Assembly (NCBI GenBank): GCA_902826885.1
Contig: CADEGL010000010.1
Location: 4,037-68,036 of the forward strand
Source: an uncultured Alphaproteobacteria bacterium
GTDB lineage: Bacteria; Pseudomonadota; Alphaproteobacteria; CADEGL01
Reading direction: 5' to 3'
DNA length: 64,000 nucleotides
The notes under the pieces are model-generated. The model searched no databases, had not been told where the DNA came from, and saw nothing but the letters and a program-made list of their open reading frames with translations. This document shows positions 1-7,719 of this stretch, piece by piece. The position numbers and the translations under genes are program-made. How positions within the stretch are numbered: position 1 is the stretch's first letter; every line of letters starts with the position of its first letter.

Positions 1-2
1 AG

Positions 3-491
3 CTCGACCCGAAGGAGTGGCCCGAGGAGCGCGTGCTGCGCGCCAAGCGCAAATACGCGGGCGCCTTCGTCCGCACCACCGCGAAGGCGCTGTGGAACGT
101 CTACGGCCTCAGCCAGACCTGCTACATGATCCAGCAGAGCCTGGCGCTGCTCGCCGTCCAGAACCTGGGCGAGATGCGCGAGCGGATGGGCCATACGGGC
201 AATGGCTTCGGGGACGTGGTCGGCTTCCTCGATCACATGCTGCGCGCGCGAGAGGACGACTATACGGTCGAGACGCTCGGCGCCAACCGCCGCGCGATCA
301 GCCTGCGCTCGTATAAGCCGTTGGAGGACGATGCGATCGAAGACCTGCGCCAGGCCTTCTTCGCCTTTCCGTCCATGTGCGTCCGCCTGATGAACGGGCG
401 GGTGCGGATGACACGCCGGATGGAGCTGAACAAGGGCGCCCGCGACCTCGAGGTCTGGGAACTCGAAGACACCGGCCGCTGGCTCTACTAG
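3..491 (+). CDS. hypothetical protein, C-terminal fragment (5' end lies upstream of the window)
   Basis: The ORF runs from the window edge to a stop at 491 with no start codon before position 33 in frame. Composition is protein-like. No family recognised. Confidence 0.4.
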   Translation, partial: LDPKEWPEERVLRAKRKYAGAFVRTTAKALWNVYGLSQTCYMIQQSLALLAVQNLGEMRERMGHTGNGFGDVVGFLDHMLRAREDDYTVETLGANRRAISLRSYKPLEDDAIEDLRQAFFAFPSMCVRLMNGRVRMTRRMELNKGARDLEVWELEDTGRWLY

Positions 492-507
492 TCCCGAACC
501 GCCGCCA

Positions 508-533
508 GGAACCCGCGTCCGTCCGCCCGCGTT
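508..533 (+). promoter_or_regulatory. sigma-EcfG (general stress response) type promoter: GGAAC-N17-CGTT
   Basis: GGAAC at 508-512 and CGTT at 530-533 with a 17-nt spacer, about 55 nt upstream of the csbD-like start. The promoter at 798-822 shares the extended motif GGAACC...CGCCCGCGTTGTT. Confidence 0.6.
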
Positions 534-587
534 GTTGAAACGCGAGGCGGCGTGAGGCCGTCCGTGCCCTTCGAGACGGAGCGGAAC

Positions 588-788
588 ATGGATTGGGACC
601 AGGCGGCGGGAGACTGGACGCAGTTCAAGGGCCTGTTGAAGGAACAATGGGGCGACCTGACCGACGACGATCTGACCCGGATCGCCGGCAGGCGGCAGCA
701 GCTGGTGGGCTGTTTGCAGGAGCGTTACGGCCTCTCCGAGTCACAGGCGGAAGAGGCAATCGCCGCTTTTGAAGCGGAACATGGCTGA
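588..788 (+). CDS. CsbD-family general stress protein
   Basis: MDWDQAAGDWTQFKGLLKEQWGDLTDDDL...QERYG matches the CsbD signature. The ATG at 588 lies inside the listed 552..788 ORF. Confidence 0.85.
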   Translation: MDWDQAAGDWTQFKGLLKEQWGDLTDDDLTRIAGRRQQLVGCLQERYGLSESQAEEAIAAFEAEHG

Positions 789-797
789 AGCCGTTTA

Positions 798-822
798 GGA
801 ACCTGTTACGCCCGCCCGCGTT
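798..822 (+). promoter_or_regulatory. sigma-EcfG type promoter: GGAAC-N16-CGTT
   Basis: GGAAC at 798-802 and CGTT at 819-822 with a 16-nt spacer, 45 nt upstream of the 868 start codon. Confidence 0.6.
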
Positions 823-867
823 GTTCGAGGCTGGAACCTAGGCCGTCTCAGGAGGGGAGGAAAAGCC

Positions 868-1089
868 ATGAAGCCATTGTCGATATTCGGAATTTTCCTA
901 GTTGTTGCTGGGCTGGCAGCGCTCATCTTTGGCCAGATCAACGTGCCGGACCGCGAGACGCTGGTGAAGGTCGGCGACACCAAGATCGAAGCCGAGACGA
1001 CAAAGACGATCCAATTGCCCCAGATCGCCGGCCTCGTGGCGGTCGGTGCGGGCGTGGTGATTCTGTTTGTCGGTTTCCGCCGCCAATAG
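868..1089 (+). CDS. small two-TM membrane protein (73 aa)
   Basis: Strong SD GGAGGGGAGG before the ATG. Two hydrophobic helices flank a charged loop. The EcfG-type promoter lies immediately upstream. Confidence 0.65.
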   Translation: MKPLSIFGIFLVVAGLAALIFGQINVPDRETLVKVGDTKIEAETTKTIQLPQIAGLVAVGAGVVILFVGFRRQ

Positions 1090-1354
1090 GAATCGAAACC
1101 GAGTTCGCCGAGAATTCGAGCGCGAAGGTACCGCCGGATTCAAGGCGCGGGTCGTGCATCTTTCGTGCGTCGCTCGCGGGACACCTCGACGGCCTGAGCC
1201 GCCCGCTGGAAGGTTCCGCTTGCTTTTCGGCGCGCGTTGGCGACGAAAAAGCGACGATTTCCGCTAGAGACTCTTGTATTTCTTGCGCACCTGTGTTGGC
1301 TTTCACCTTGTACGACGGCCGGATTCGCGCCGTTAACCAAGGGAAGGAATCGCA

Positions 1355-1657
1355 ATGGCTGCAAAGAAAGAAAAAGCGCAGGCGACGGTTACGCTGAGGC
1401 ATCTCGCCGCGACGATCGCGGACGCGGAAGGTCTGTCGAAGAAGCAGACGGAGAGCGTGCTCGGTGGTCTCGTCGACCTGATCGTGAAACACCTCAAGAA
1501 GGGCGACCGGATCCGCATCGGCGGCCTCGGCATCCTGCAGGTCCGTCATCGCGCCGCCCGCATGGGCCGCAACCCGGCGACCGGCGAGGCCATCAAGATC
1601 AAGGCCAGCAAGAAGGTGGCGTTCCGCGCCGCGAAGGATCTCAAGGAAGCGGTCTAA
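1355..1657 (+). CDS. HU/IHF-family nucleoid-associated DNA-binding protein with a Lys/Ala-rich N-terminal extension
   Basis: GDRIRIGGLGILQVRHRAARMGRNPATGEAIKIKASKKVAFRAAKDLKEAV is a classic HU beta-arm and C-terminus. SD GGGAAGGAAT precedes the start. Confidence 0.9.
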   Translation: MAAKKEKAQATVTLRHLAATIADAEGLSKKQTESVLGGLVDLIVKHLKKGDRIRIGGLGILQVRHRAARMGRNPATGEAIKIKASKKVAFRAAKDLKEAV

Positions 1658-1721
1658 GCTTTCTTTCGGTGGCTCCGGCTGCGCCTTTCAAGGCCTTGCA
1701 GCCGGAGCCCCATTCTTCTCG

Positions 1722-1753
1722 ACCGCGGGCCATGGCTCGCGGTTTTTGTTTTT
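1722..1753 (+). terminator. rho-independent terminator after the HU gene
   Basis: Hairpin ACCGCGGGCCATGGCTCGCGGT followed by TTTTTGTTTTT. A 12-bp GC stem (1671-1709) precedes it. Confidence 0.65.
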
Positions 1754-1773
1754 GAAGGCGCCCGGAGACGCAC

Positions 1774-1905
1774 CTAGGCGAAGAACACCAAATATACGGC
1801 GCCCAGGGCGACGACAGAGCCGAGAAGCGACAAGCTCAGTACATAGCGCATGCGCCCGGTCGTCTGGCCCGCGCGAGCCTCGGTGGTGGTCAGCTTTTCC
1901 CGCAT
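1774..1905 (-). CDS. tiny hydrophobic membrane peptide (43 aa; an alternative 25-aa form starts at the internal Met)
   Basis: MREKLTTTEARAGQTTGRMRYVLSLSLLGSVVALGAVYLVFFA. SD GGGGAG lies 6 nt upstream. It is absent from the ORF list because it is shorter than 60 aa. Confidence 0.45.
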   Translation of the reverse strand: MREKLTTTEARAGQTTGRMRYVLSLSLLGSVVALGAVYLVFFA

Positions 1906-1929
1906 CCTTTTCTCCCCTTTATCCGCGCG

Positions 1930-2106
1930 TCAGTGTTTCGGCAACTTCTCGCCTGAGAAATTGTCGCGCTCGCCGCCCCCTTCGTTTTGGGACCCCCGCT
2001 TTGGATCGAGCTCCTGGCGGTGACCGCCGGTTGGGTTGCCGGGGTTGCGCGGCTTACGAGGCTTGGCTTTTGGTTCTGGGGCGGGTTTTTGATTCGGGTC
2101 GGCCAT
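1930..2106 (-). CDS. small hydrophilic, intrinsically disordered basic protein (58 aa)
   Basis: MADPNQKPAPEPKAKPRKPRNPGNPTGGHRQELDPKRGSQNEGGGERDNFSGEKLPKH. SD AGGAG lies 7 nt before the ATG. It is internal to the listed 1930..2151 ORF. Confidence 0.45.
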   Translation of the reverse strand: MADPNQKPAPEPKAKPRKPRNPGNPTGGHRQELDPKRGSQNEGGGERDNFSGEKLPKH

Positions 2107-2190
2107 TTCGATTCTCCTACCTTTGAAAGCCGGGTGGTGGCTTCTCGTCAAAGAGACAACCCGTATCCGCTCGATCGGGTTCGCGAAGAC

Positions 2191-2820
2191 CTAGGCCTGT
2201 TCCAAGCGAATTTCGGATGTCTCGAGACGACGCAGCCGGGCCAGGGCGAAATCCCAGTCGATCAACTGGCCTAAGAAGGCTTTCAGAAAATCTGGCCGCT
2301 TGTTCTTATGGTCGAGGTAATAAGCGTGCTCCCACACATCGCAGGTCGACAGCACGCGCTTGCCTTCGGCCATGGGCGTCGCGGCGTTCGACGTCGTGAC
2401 GATCTCGAGCTTGCCGCTGTTCTCGATTAGCCAAGCCCAGCCGCTGCCGAACTGCGCGGCGGCGTCCGCCGCGAACTTCTCCTTGAACTTATCTAGGCCG
2501 CCAAAACTCTCCTCGACCAGCGGTGCCAATTCCTCGCGTGGCTTCCGCGCGCCGTTGGGTGCCATCGAGCGCCAGAAGATAGTGTGATTCCATGCCTGGG
2601 CGGCGTTGTTGAAGATCTTCTTATGCTCGTTGGAGCCCGCCGTTTTCTTCACGATGGACTCGATGTCCATTTTCTCGAACGGCGTGCCTTCGATCAGCTT
2701 GTTGAGTGTCTCGACGTAGGTTTTGTGATGCTTGCCGTGGTGCGTGCGCAGCGTGTCCTCGGACATACGCGGCGCCAACGCGTCGTAGGCGTAAGGTAGC
2801 TTGGGAAGCTTGAAAGCCAT
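2191..2820 (-). CDS. sodB: Fe/Mn superoxide dismutase
   Basis: MAFKLPKLPYAYDALAP...HHGKHH...DVWEHAYYLD is an unmistakable Fe/Mn-SOD. The listed ORF start at 2910 is an upstream in-frame extension; the real start is the Met at 2820. Confidence 0.9.
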   Translation of the reverse strand: MAFKLPKLPYAYDALAPRMSEDTLRTHHGKHHKTYVETLNKLIEGTPFEKMDIESIVKKTAGSNEHKKIFNNAAQAWNHTIFWRSMAPNGARKPREELAPLVEESFGGLDKFKEKFAADAAAQFGSGWAWLIENSGKLEIVTTSNAATPMAEGKRVLSTCDVWEHAYYLDHKNKRPDFLKAFLGQLIDWDFALARLRRLETSEIRLEQA

Positions 2821-2852
2821 CGCATCACTCCAGTCGGCGCCCCGACGCCGGG

Positions 2853-2927
2853 TTAACGGAACAGAAAGTAGATGAGGATCAGAACGGGGATCGGAACACC
2901 CAGAAGCCACAGCAAGAGGTAACGCAC
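2853..2927 (-). CDS. tiny hydrophobic peptide (24 aa, GTG start)
   Basis: VRYLLLWLLGVPIPVLILIYFLFR*. Very strong SD AAAGGAGG lies 6 nt upstream. It resembles the C-terminal 25 aa of the 1774..1905 peptide (RY-x-L...Y..F). Confidence 0.4.
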   Translation of the reverse strand: MRYLLLWLLGVPIPVLILIYFLFR

Positions 2928-2963
2928 GATCGCCCTCCTTTCGTTACGCGCGTCAAACGGGGC

Positions 2964-3245
2964 TCAATTCCCAAGCTTGCTCCCGGAGGCACCCTGTTCG
3001 CCCTGCGCCGCGCCGATCGTCTCCATCGCGCGCTTCACGCGGTGAAGCATGTTTTCTTCACCGCCGCCCATGCCCTCTTCCTCGGCGACCGCCAACAGAC
3101 GCGCATCTTGTTCCCACTGCTGCAGAAGCTTGCGCTTCTGGGCCACGGTCAGGTTGGCGTCGTCCAGAACGTGTTGCGGCGTTTCGAAGCATTTGGCGGG
3201 GTTCTGAAGCGCTGCTTCGAAGTTGCCCGATGCTTTACGGCCCAT
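2964..3245 (-). CDS. hypothetical protein (93 aa)
   Basis: The internal Met at 3245 is preceded by a GGAG SD. The upstream part of the listed 174-aa ORF lacks an SD and overlaps the divergent promoter region. Confidence 0.45.
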   Translation of the reverse strand: MGRKASGNFEAALQNPAKCFETPQHVLDDANLTVAQKRKLLQQWEQDARLLAVAEEEGMGGGEENMLHRVKRAMETIGAAQGEQGASGSKLGN

Positions 3246-3390
3246 GTCTGTACTCCAGGTTTTCCAACGAGCGCGACAACTTAGGCGTTGCCACGTGGTC
3301 GTGACTCCCAAACGCCTCGCGCGGATCGGGGTTCCCTTGGATCGGGCCCGGGCTGGCTCCTTAGGTTCCTCGATAAGTGCCGGTTTCACC

Positions 3391-3416
3391 GGAACCATTT
3401 CGTGGACACACACGTT
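3391..3416 (+). promoter_or_regulatory. sigma-EcfG type promoter: GGAAC-N17-CGTT
   Basis: GGAAC at 3391-3395 and CGTT at 3413-3416, 75 nt upstream of the DUF1328 gene. Confidence 0.6.
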
Positions 3417-3490
3417 GAAATCCATGACCGGCGGGTCCGAAACGGCCTGCCGCGGATCGTTGGTTCGCCGGAAGAAGGGGAGGCACACGG

Positions 3491-3661
3491 ATGTTGTATT
3501 GGGCCTTGGTTTTCCTTGTTGTCGCGTTGGTCGCCGGCCTATTGGGCTTTGGTGGCGTGGCCGCTACATCGATGGGGATCGCCCAGATCCTGTTCTTTGT
3601 CTTCCTGGTCCTGTTCCTGGTGATGCTGGTGGCAAACCTGCTGCGCAGCGGCCGGCCATAA
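3491..3661 (+). CDS. DUF1328-family small membrane protein (56 aa)
   Basis: [51 protein letters not shown] matches the DUF1328 consensus. SD GGGGAGG precedes it. Not in the ORF list because it is shorter than 60 aa. Confidence 0.8.
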   Translation: MLYWALVFLVVALVAGLLGFGGVAATSMGIAQILFFVFLVLFLVMLVANLLRSGRP

Positions 3662-3690
3662 CAGCCGGCGAGTTCTGAGGAGGCACGATC

Positions 3691-3990
3691 ATGTCGAAGA
3701 TCAACGGGCGCACGGACACATCGGCGTTGCGATCTGATATCGCGGCATTGCAGGAAAACCTCGATGCCTTGGTGAAGCAGCTCAAGTCGGCTGAAGGCGG
3801 GGAAACGTGGGTCGACCATCAGGTGGACGAGTTACGGCGCGTGCTGGAGCCCGTTATCGAAGCCACCAAGGCCCAGGGTGAGAAAACCGCCGCCATGGCG
3901 CGGGAGACCGTCGAAAACCATCCGCTTTCCAGTGTTCTGGTCGCGTTCGTGGGCGGCGCACTGGCGGCGCTTTTGCTCAGCCGCCGCTGA
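3691..3990 (+). CDS. DUF883 (ElaB/YqjD-like) membrane-anchored stress protein
   Basis: Coiled-coil N-terminus with a C-terminal TM anchor (VLVAFVGGALAALLLSRR). SD GAGGAGG precedes it. Confidence 0.8.
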   Translation: MSKINGRTDTSALRSDIAALQENLDALVKQLKSAEGGETWVDHQVDELRRVLEPVIEATKAQGEKTAAMARETVENHPLSSVLVAFVGGALAALLLSRR

Positions 3991-4006
3991 CGCGATCTTT
4001 TTGAAG

Positions 4007-4444
4007 ATGGAGACCGGGGTGTCCAGCGTGATCGAAAGTATCGGCGTGGTTGCGTCGCGCGCGTCGTTCCATGCGCGGCGGGCTTGGCGACAAATGGTGC
4101 TGGATGCCTGCGTCGGTCTGTTTCTGGTCTTGATGCTGACGATCGCGGGCGGGCTGTTGGTCTACGCGGCCTTCGCTTTCGCCCAGACCATGATGCCGGA
4201 CTATGCGGCTGCGCTCAGCCTGGCCGTATTGATCGGTTTGCTCTGTGCCGTTGTCTATGTCGCCTATTCGAGGGCGGACGAACGGCGTTCGCTTGACTCA
4301 CGGGCGGCGCGAGTTCAACCCGCGGAGTCAGCCGCGGCCGGTGCGGCTTCTCTCCCGCCATCCGCCGTCAGCTTGGCCCTTATGATCGCGCTCACCGCGG
4401 CCCGTCTTTGTGGGCGGAGTCGTGGTACGCGCTCCGATTGTTGA
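4007..4444 (+). CDS. YqjE-like (phage-holin-family) membrane protein
   Basis: The gene order DUF883 then a 2-TM protein mirrors yqjD-yqjE. The Met at 4007 lies inside the listed 3878..4444 ORF. Confidence 0.5.
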   Translation: METGVSSVIESIGVVASRASFHARRAWRQMVLDACVGLFLVLMLTIAGGLLVYAAFAFAQTMMPDYAAALSLAVLIGLLCAVVYVAYSRADERRSLDSRAARVQPAESAAAGAASLPPSAVSLALMIALTAARLCGRSRGTRSDC

Positions 4445-5017
4445 GCCTCGTTCACCATCATCGCCTGGGCCGCGGTGCCCCTGTCCGGTCTTGTTCATGA
4501 GGGCGACGATCTCTGCGCGCGCGCGATTGACGCGCGACTTGATCGTGCCCACCGCGCATTTGCACACGGCGGCCGCTTCCTCGTAGCTGAGCCCTGCGGC
4601 GCTGACCAAGATCAGAGCCTCGCGCAGCTTCACCGGCACGGTCATCAACAACGCCTGGACTTCCTTTAGTTCGAGCGCGGACTGTTGGTTGCCCGACACG
4701 GCGACGAGCGCTTCCGGCACGTCTTCGATCCCGCCGCCGTCATAGCGCCGGCGGCGATATTCGCTGAGATGACGGTTGCGGAGGATGGTGAACAGCCACG
4801 CGCGAAGGTTTGTGCCGGGACGGAACAGATGCTCGCCGGCAATGGCGCGCATCAGCGTATCCTGCACCAGATCGTCGGCGCGGTCGCGGCTGCCAGTCAG
4901 GCCGCGCGAAAAGGCGCGGAGCTGGGGAACAAGTTTGATGATATCGGCACGGAATTCTTCGCTGTCCGACGCGGACGGAGGAGCTTGGGGATGCGAAGTG
5001 GGCTCATTGGACGTCAT
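4328..5017 (-). CDS. ecfG: ECF sigma factor, EcfG type (general stress response sigma)
   Basis: Sigma-70 region 2 (DLVQDTLMRAIAGEHLFRPGTNLRAWLFTILRN) and region 4 (LSYEEAAAVCKCAVGTIKSRVNRAR). It overlaps nepR by 4 nt and is divergent from phyR. The 3' end overlaps the convergent gene by 117 nt. Confidence 0.85.
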   Translation of the reverse strand: MTSNEPTSHPQAPPSASDSEEFRADIIKLVPQLRAFSRGLTGSRDRADDLVQDTLMRAIAGEHLFRPGTNLRAWLFTILRNRHLSEYRRRRYDGGGIEDVPEALVAVSGNQQSALELKEVQALLMTVPVKLREALILVSAAGLSYEEAAAVCKCAVGTIKSRVNRARAEIVALMNKTGQGHRGPGDDGERGSTIGARTTTPPTKTGRGERDHKGQADGGWRERSRTGRG

Positions 5018-5274
5018 TCGTCCCCCGGCTTGCGAGAGCCCTTCGCTTTAGCGTCCCCCCTATTGTTCTTGGGGGCGTGAACCAATTTCATCATGTCGTC
5101 GGGCAGAGGCTCGTCCAGGACCGACTGATAAAGGGCTTTCAGTTGCCCATCCCACCAATTGTCTATGGGCGTCGGCTGGTCGGCTGTCGGATTGCTTTGG
5201 CTCATCGTCTTCTTGGCCGAATCTTTCTTGGCTGTGGCCGACTTTGTGCCATCGCCATCGTTAGACGAGTTCAT
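5014..5274 (-). CDS. nepR: anti-sigma factor NepR
   Basis: A small protein encoded immediately upstream of ecfG and translationally coupled (ATGA overlap). Position and size are as in the canonical nepR-ecfG operon. An alternative start is the Met at 5205. Confidence 0.65.
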   Translation of the reverse strand: MNSSNDGDGTKSATAKKDSAKKTMSQSNPTADQPTPIDNWWDGQLKALYQSVLDEPLPDDMMKLVHAPKNNRGDAKAKGSRKPGDE

Positions 5275-5420
5275 CTACGGTGCGCTCCCCCTTCGTCGCC
5301 GTCCGGCCGCCCCTCGCTGGCGGCGGCCTTGGCGGCACGGAACTCGGCGGCGTTGCTGCCGCCGACCCCGAGGGTGGCTGACCATCCTGGGTCGGCGCAA
5401 CGGCGGGGCCGGTATAGGAA

Positions 5421-5445
5421 TACGCACCAAAGAACGGTTTGTTCC
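5421..5445 (-). promoter_or_regulatory. possible EcfG-type promoter for nepR-ecfG (GGAAC-N16-CGTA, one mismatch)
   Basis: On the minus strand GGAAC (plus 5441-5445) is followed by 16 nt and CGTA. Confidence 0.3.
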
Positions 5446-5497
5446 CCGCTTTCGGTTTTATTCGCGCGGCATAAGGGGTTATGCCCGCCCATCGTTG

Positions 5498-5522
5498 GGA
5501 ACCTTCCGCGCGGTTACCCGTT
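5498..5522 (+). promoter_or_regulatory. sigma-EcfG type promoter upstream of phyR: GGAAC-N16-CGTT
   Basis: GGAAC at 5498-5502 and CGTT at 5519-5522. phyR autoregulation by EcfG is the established pattern. Confidence 0.6.
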
Positions 5523-5689
5523 GAAGTCCTGAATATCCATGCCGATTTACCGGGGGCGGGGTCATGGCCGACCGATAATCCAGGAACGGCATCTCCAGTC
5601 CAAACCCGTGTTCACCACCGGGTTCTGAATCGAGGCCGTCGCCACGCCGAGTCCGCGGCGCGGGGGAAATGCAGAGAGAGGATCGCGGA

Positions 5690-6517
5690 ATGTCGAACTC
5701 GGAGGAACTCGTCGCCTTGCTGCCGTATCTTCGCCGCTATGCGCGCGCGTTGACCGGCTCGCAGGAGCGCGGCGATCGGTACGTCCGGCTGTTTCTCGAG
5801 GTTATCCTGCAAGAGCCCGCGCGGCTTTCCCGCGACGGGGATCTGAAGCACAACATGTTCAAAGCGTTCCACGAAACATGGGACGCGGTCGCGGTGGAGG
5901 CTGAGGGCCCGGATGCGGCCGAGTTGAGCGGCAAGGCCAAGCTCGAGCAGCGGATCGCAGCTCTGCCCGCGCGTCATCGCCAAGTTCTATTGCTGGTGTC
6001 GCTGGAAGGCTTCCCCGTCACCAGGGCGGCCGAAATTATCGGGATCTCCGAGCAGGAGGCACGCCAGGACCTGCTGGATGCGCGCCTGGAGCTGCAGAAG
6101 AATTCGGGAGCCAAGGTCCTGATCATCGAGGACGAAACGGTGATCGCCATGGACATCGCGGTCACTGTGCGCTCCGCCGGCCATATGGTGGTGGGCGTGG
6201 GGGCCACCTTCAAGGAAGCCGTCGGCCTGGCCGAGGAACACCTGCCGGACCTGGTGCTAGCGGATATCCACCTGAAGGGTGGCGACAGCGGTATCGACGC
6301 GGTGGATAGGATTCTGCGCGGCATGACGGTGCCAGTCATCTTCATCACGGGCTTTCCGGAGGCGTTATTGACCGGCAAGAAGGTCGAGCCCGCCTTCGTC
6401 ATCACCAAGCCGTTTGATCCTGAGACGCTGACGGCCGCCATCGGCCAGGCCTTGTCGTTCAGGCCAAGCGGCGGCCGAAACGGCAAACAGAAGGCCGGCG
6501 CGCAGAAGCACGCCTGA
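5690..6517 (+). CDS. phyR: PhyR anti-anti-sigma response regulator (ECF-sigma-like N-terminal domain plus C-terminal receiver)
   Basis: N-terminus LPYLRRYARALTGSQ is sigma-like. The C-terminal REC domain has the phospho-Asp motif (LIIEDE...DLVLADIHL). The Met at 5690 has SD GAGAGAGG; the Met at 5669 is also possible. Confidence 0.85.
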   Translation: MSNSEELVALLPYLRRYARALTGSQERGDRYVRLFLEVILQEPARLSRDGDLKHNMFKAFHETWDAVAVEAEGPDAAELSGKAKLEQRIAALPARHRQVLLLVSLEGFPVTRAAEIIGISEQEARQDLLDARLELQKNSGAKVLIIEDETVIAMDIAVTVRSAGHMVVGVGATFKEAVGLAEEHLPDLVLADIHLKGGDSGIDAVDRILRGMTVPVIFITGFPEALLTGKKVEPAFVITKPFDPETLTAAIGQALSFRPSGGRNGKQKAGAQKHA

Positions 6518-6538
6518 TTTCATCCTTCCTCGAGCGCG

Positions 6539-6569
6539 CCCGGACGGGAGGCATCCCGTCCGGGTTTTT
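6539..6569 (+). terminator. rho-independent terminator after phyR
   Basis: CCCGGACGGGA-GGCA-TCCCGTCCGGG followed by TTTTT. Confidence 0.75.
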
Positions 6570-6613
6570 ATTTGACAGATCCGTCCCGGCCGGACGAATG
6601 CGCGCGCGATTCA

Positions 6614-6639
6614 GGAACCGCGCAGGGTCCCCTCGCGTT
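6614..6639 (+). promoter_or_regulatory. sigma-EcfG type promoter: GGAAC-N17-CGTT
   Basis: GGAAC at 6614-6618 and CGTT at 6636-6639, 57 nt upstream of the PRC-barrel gene. Confidence 0.6.
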
Positions 6640-6695
6640 TTTACCCCGAACACCGAATGACCACGTTCGTGGCTCGGCAAATCGGGAGACCCCGC

Positions 6696-7643
6696 ATGCT
6701 CAACTCCACGTTTCGCAAATACGCGTTGCCCACGACAGCGCTGGCCGTCGTGCTGTTCGCCACCGCTTGCGCGCCCGCCAAGCGCGAGGAAGCGCAAGTC
6801 CTGACCCAGACGCAGAGTGTCGCCTTCACGCGCGATATGAAGATCGATTACGCCAACGGTATCTGGGGCACCCAGACCATGACGCCGTCGGCCGACCTTT
6901 TGCTGACGAAGAACAGCAATCTGATCGGCAGCCGCGTCTCGGATTCCAACGGCGTGTCTTGGGGCACGGTGGTCTTCATGATGGTTGAAGCCAATCAGCA
7001 GCAGCGTCCGATGTACGCGGTGGTCGCCGCCGATGGCGTGTCCGACACTTATATCGCCGTACCCATGTCCGCGGTTCGCGTCGCGGGCGGCGGCGTGCAG
7101 GTCGACACCACGGTTGCCGATCTGAACCGCGTGCCGAAATACACCTTGGCCGGCTTGCAACGCCGCCACGCGGTGGCCAGCAACAGCCCGCCGTTGGTGG
7201 CGCCGGCCGTCGCTACGGCGGCAACGCCGCTCATCACCGCGGCACCCGGTACGGTCGCCGTGATTCCCGGCGCCGGCGTGGTCACGGCTCCGGTCGTCAT
7301 GGCTCCCGTGGTGGTCGCACCCGCGCCGGTCGCGGCTGTCACGCCTGCGCCGCAAAACGTCAATCTCAGCACGCGCAGCGACCTGGTTGGACGCGCCTTC
7401 GTCGATAGCTACGGCAATCAGCTCGGCACGGTGAACTACGTGGCCGTGATGCCCGGTACGGTGGATGCGCGTTACGTCGTGGTAAGCGGTCCTATGTTCG
7501 GCGCTGGGAACCAGGTCTTCGTGCCGGCTTCGCAGGTTCATATGTCCGGCGGCCGCGTCATGGCCGATGTTCCGACGGCCACGCTGGCTCAGTCCCAGCG
7601 ATTTCAGGCCGCGGAGATGCAGCGCTTCGCCGTCGTGAACTGA
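6696..7643 (+). CDS. secreted protein with two PRC-barrel domains joined by an Ala/Pro/Val-rich linker
   Basis: Signal peptide MLNSTFRKYALPTTALAVVLFATACAPA. PRC-barrel-like N- and C-terminal segments. SD GGGAGA precedes it. Confidence 0.65.
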   Translation: MLNSTFRKYALPTTALAVVLFATACAPAKREEAQVLTQTQSVAFTRDMKIDYANGIWGTQTMTPSADLLLTKNSNLIGSRVSDSNGVSWGTVVFMMVEANQQQRPMYAVVAADGVSDTYIAVPMSAVRVAGGGVQVDTTVADLNRVPKYTLAGLQRRHAVASNSPPLVAPAVATAATPLITAAPGTVAVIPGAGVVTAPVVMAPVVVAPAPVAAVTPAPQNVNLSTRSDLVGRAFVDSYGNQLGTVNYVAVMPGTVDARYVVVSGPMFGAGNQVFVPASQVHMSGGRVMADVPTATLAQSQRFQAAEMQRFAVVN

Positions 7644-7719
7644 CGCATCTTCGGGTCCGAAACGAAAGCGGCGCGCCCGTGGCCGGCGCGCCGCTGGCTT
7701 TGGAAGATTGGAAAGACGC

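Noticed and set aside
1208-1238. GGAAG...CGTT upstream of the HU gene as an EcfG promoter
   Set aside because: The spacer is 22 nt and the -35 element deviates, so it does not fit the GGAAC-N16/17-CGTT geometry.
2821-2910. 30-codon N-terminal extension of sodB (MASGCSD...)
   Set aside because: There is no SD, and SOD homologs start at MAFKLP. The extension also overlaps the tiny-peptide ORF in another frame.
5470-5487. Hairpin GGCATAA-GGGG-TTATGCC as a terminator between nepR and phyR
   Set aside because: No U-run follows it. It sits just upstream of the phyR -35 element, so it is more likely part of the divergent regulatory region.
6459-7541. 360-aa minus-strand ORF
   Set aside because: Arg/His/Gly-rich low-complexity translation that is fully antisense to the well-supported PRC-barrel gene. 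It is a typical stop-poor reverse frame in GC-rich DNA.
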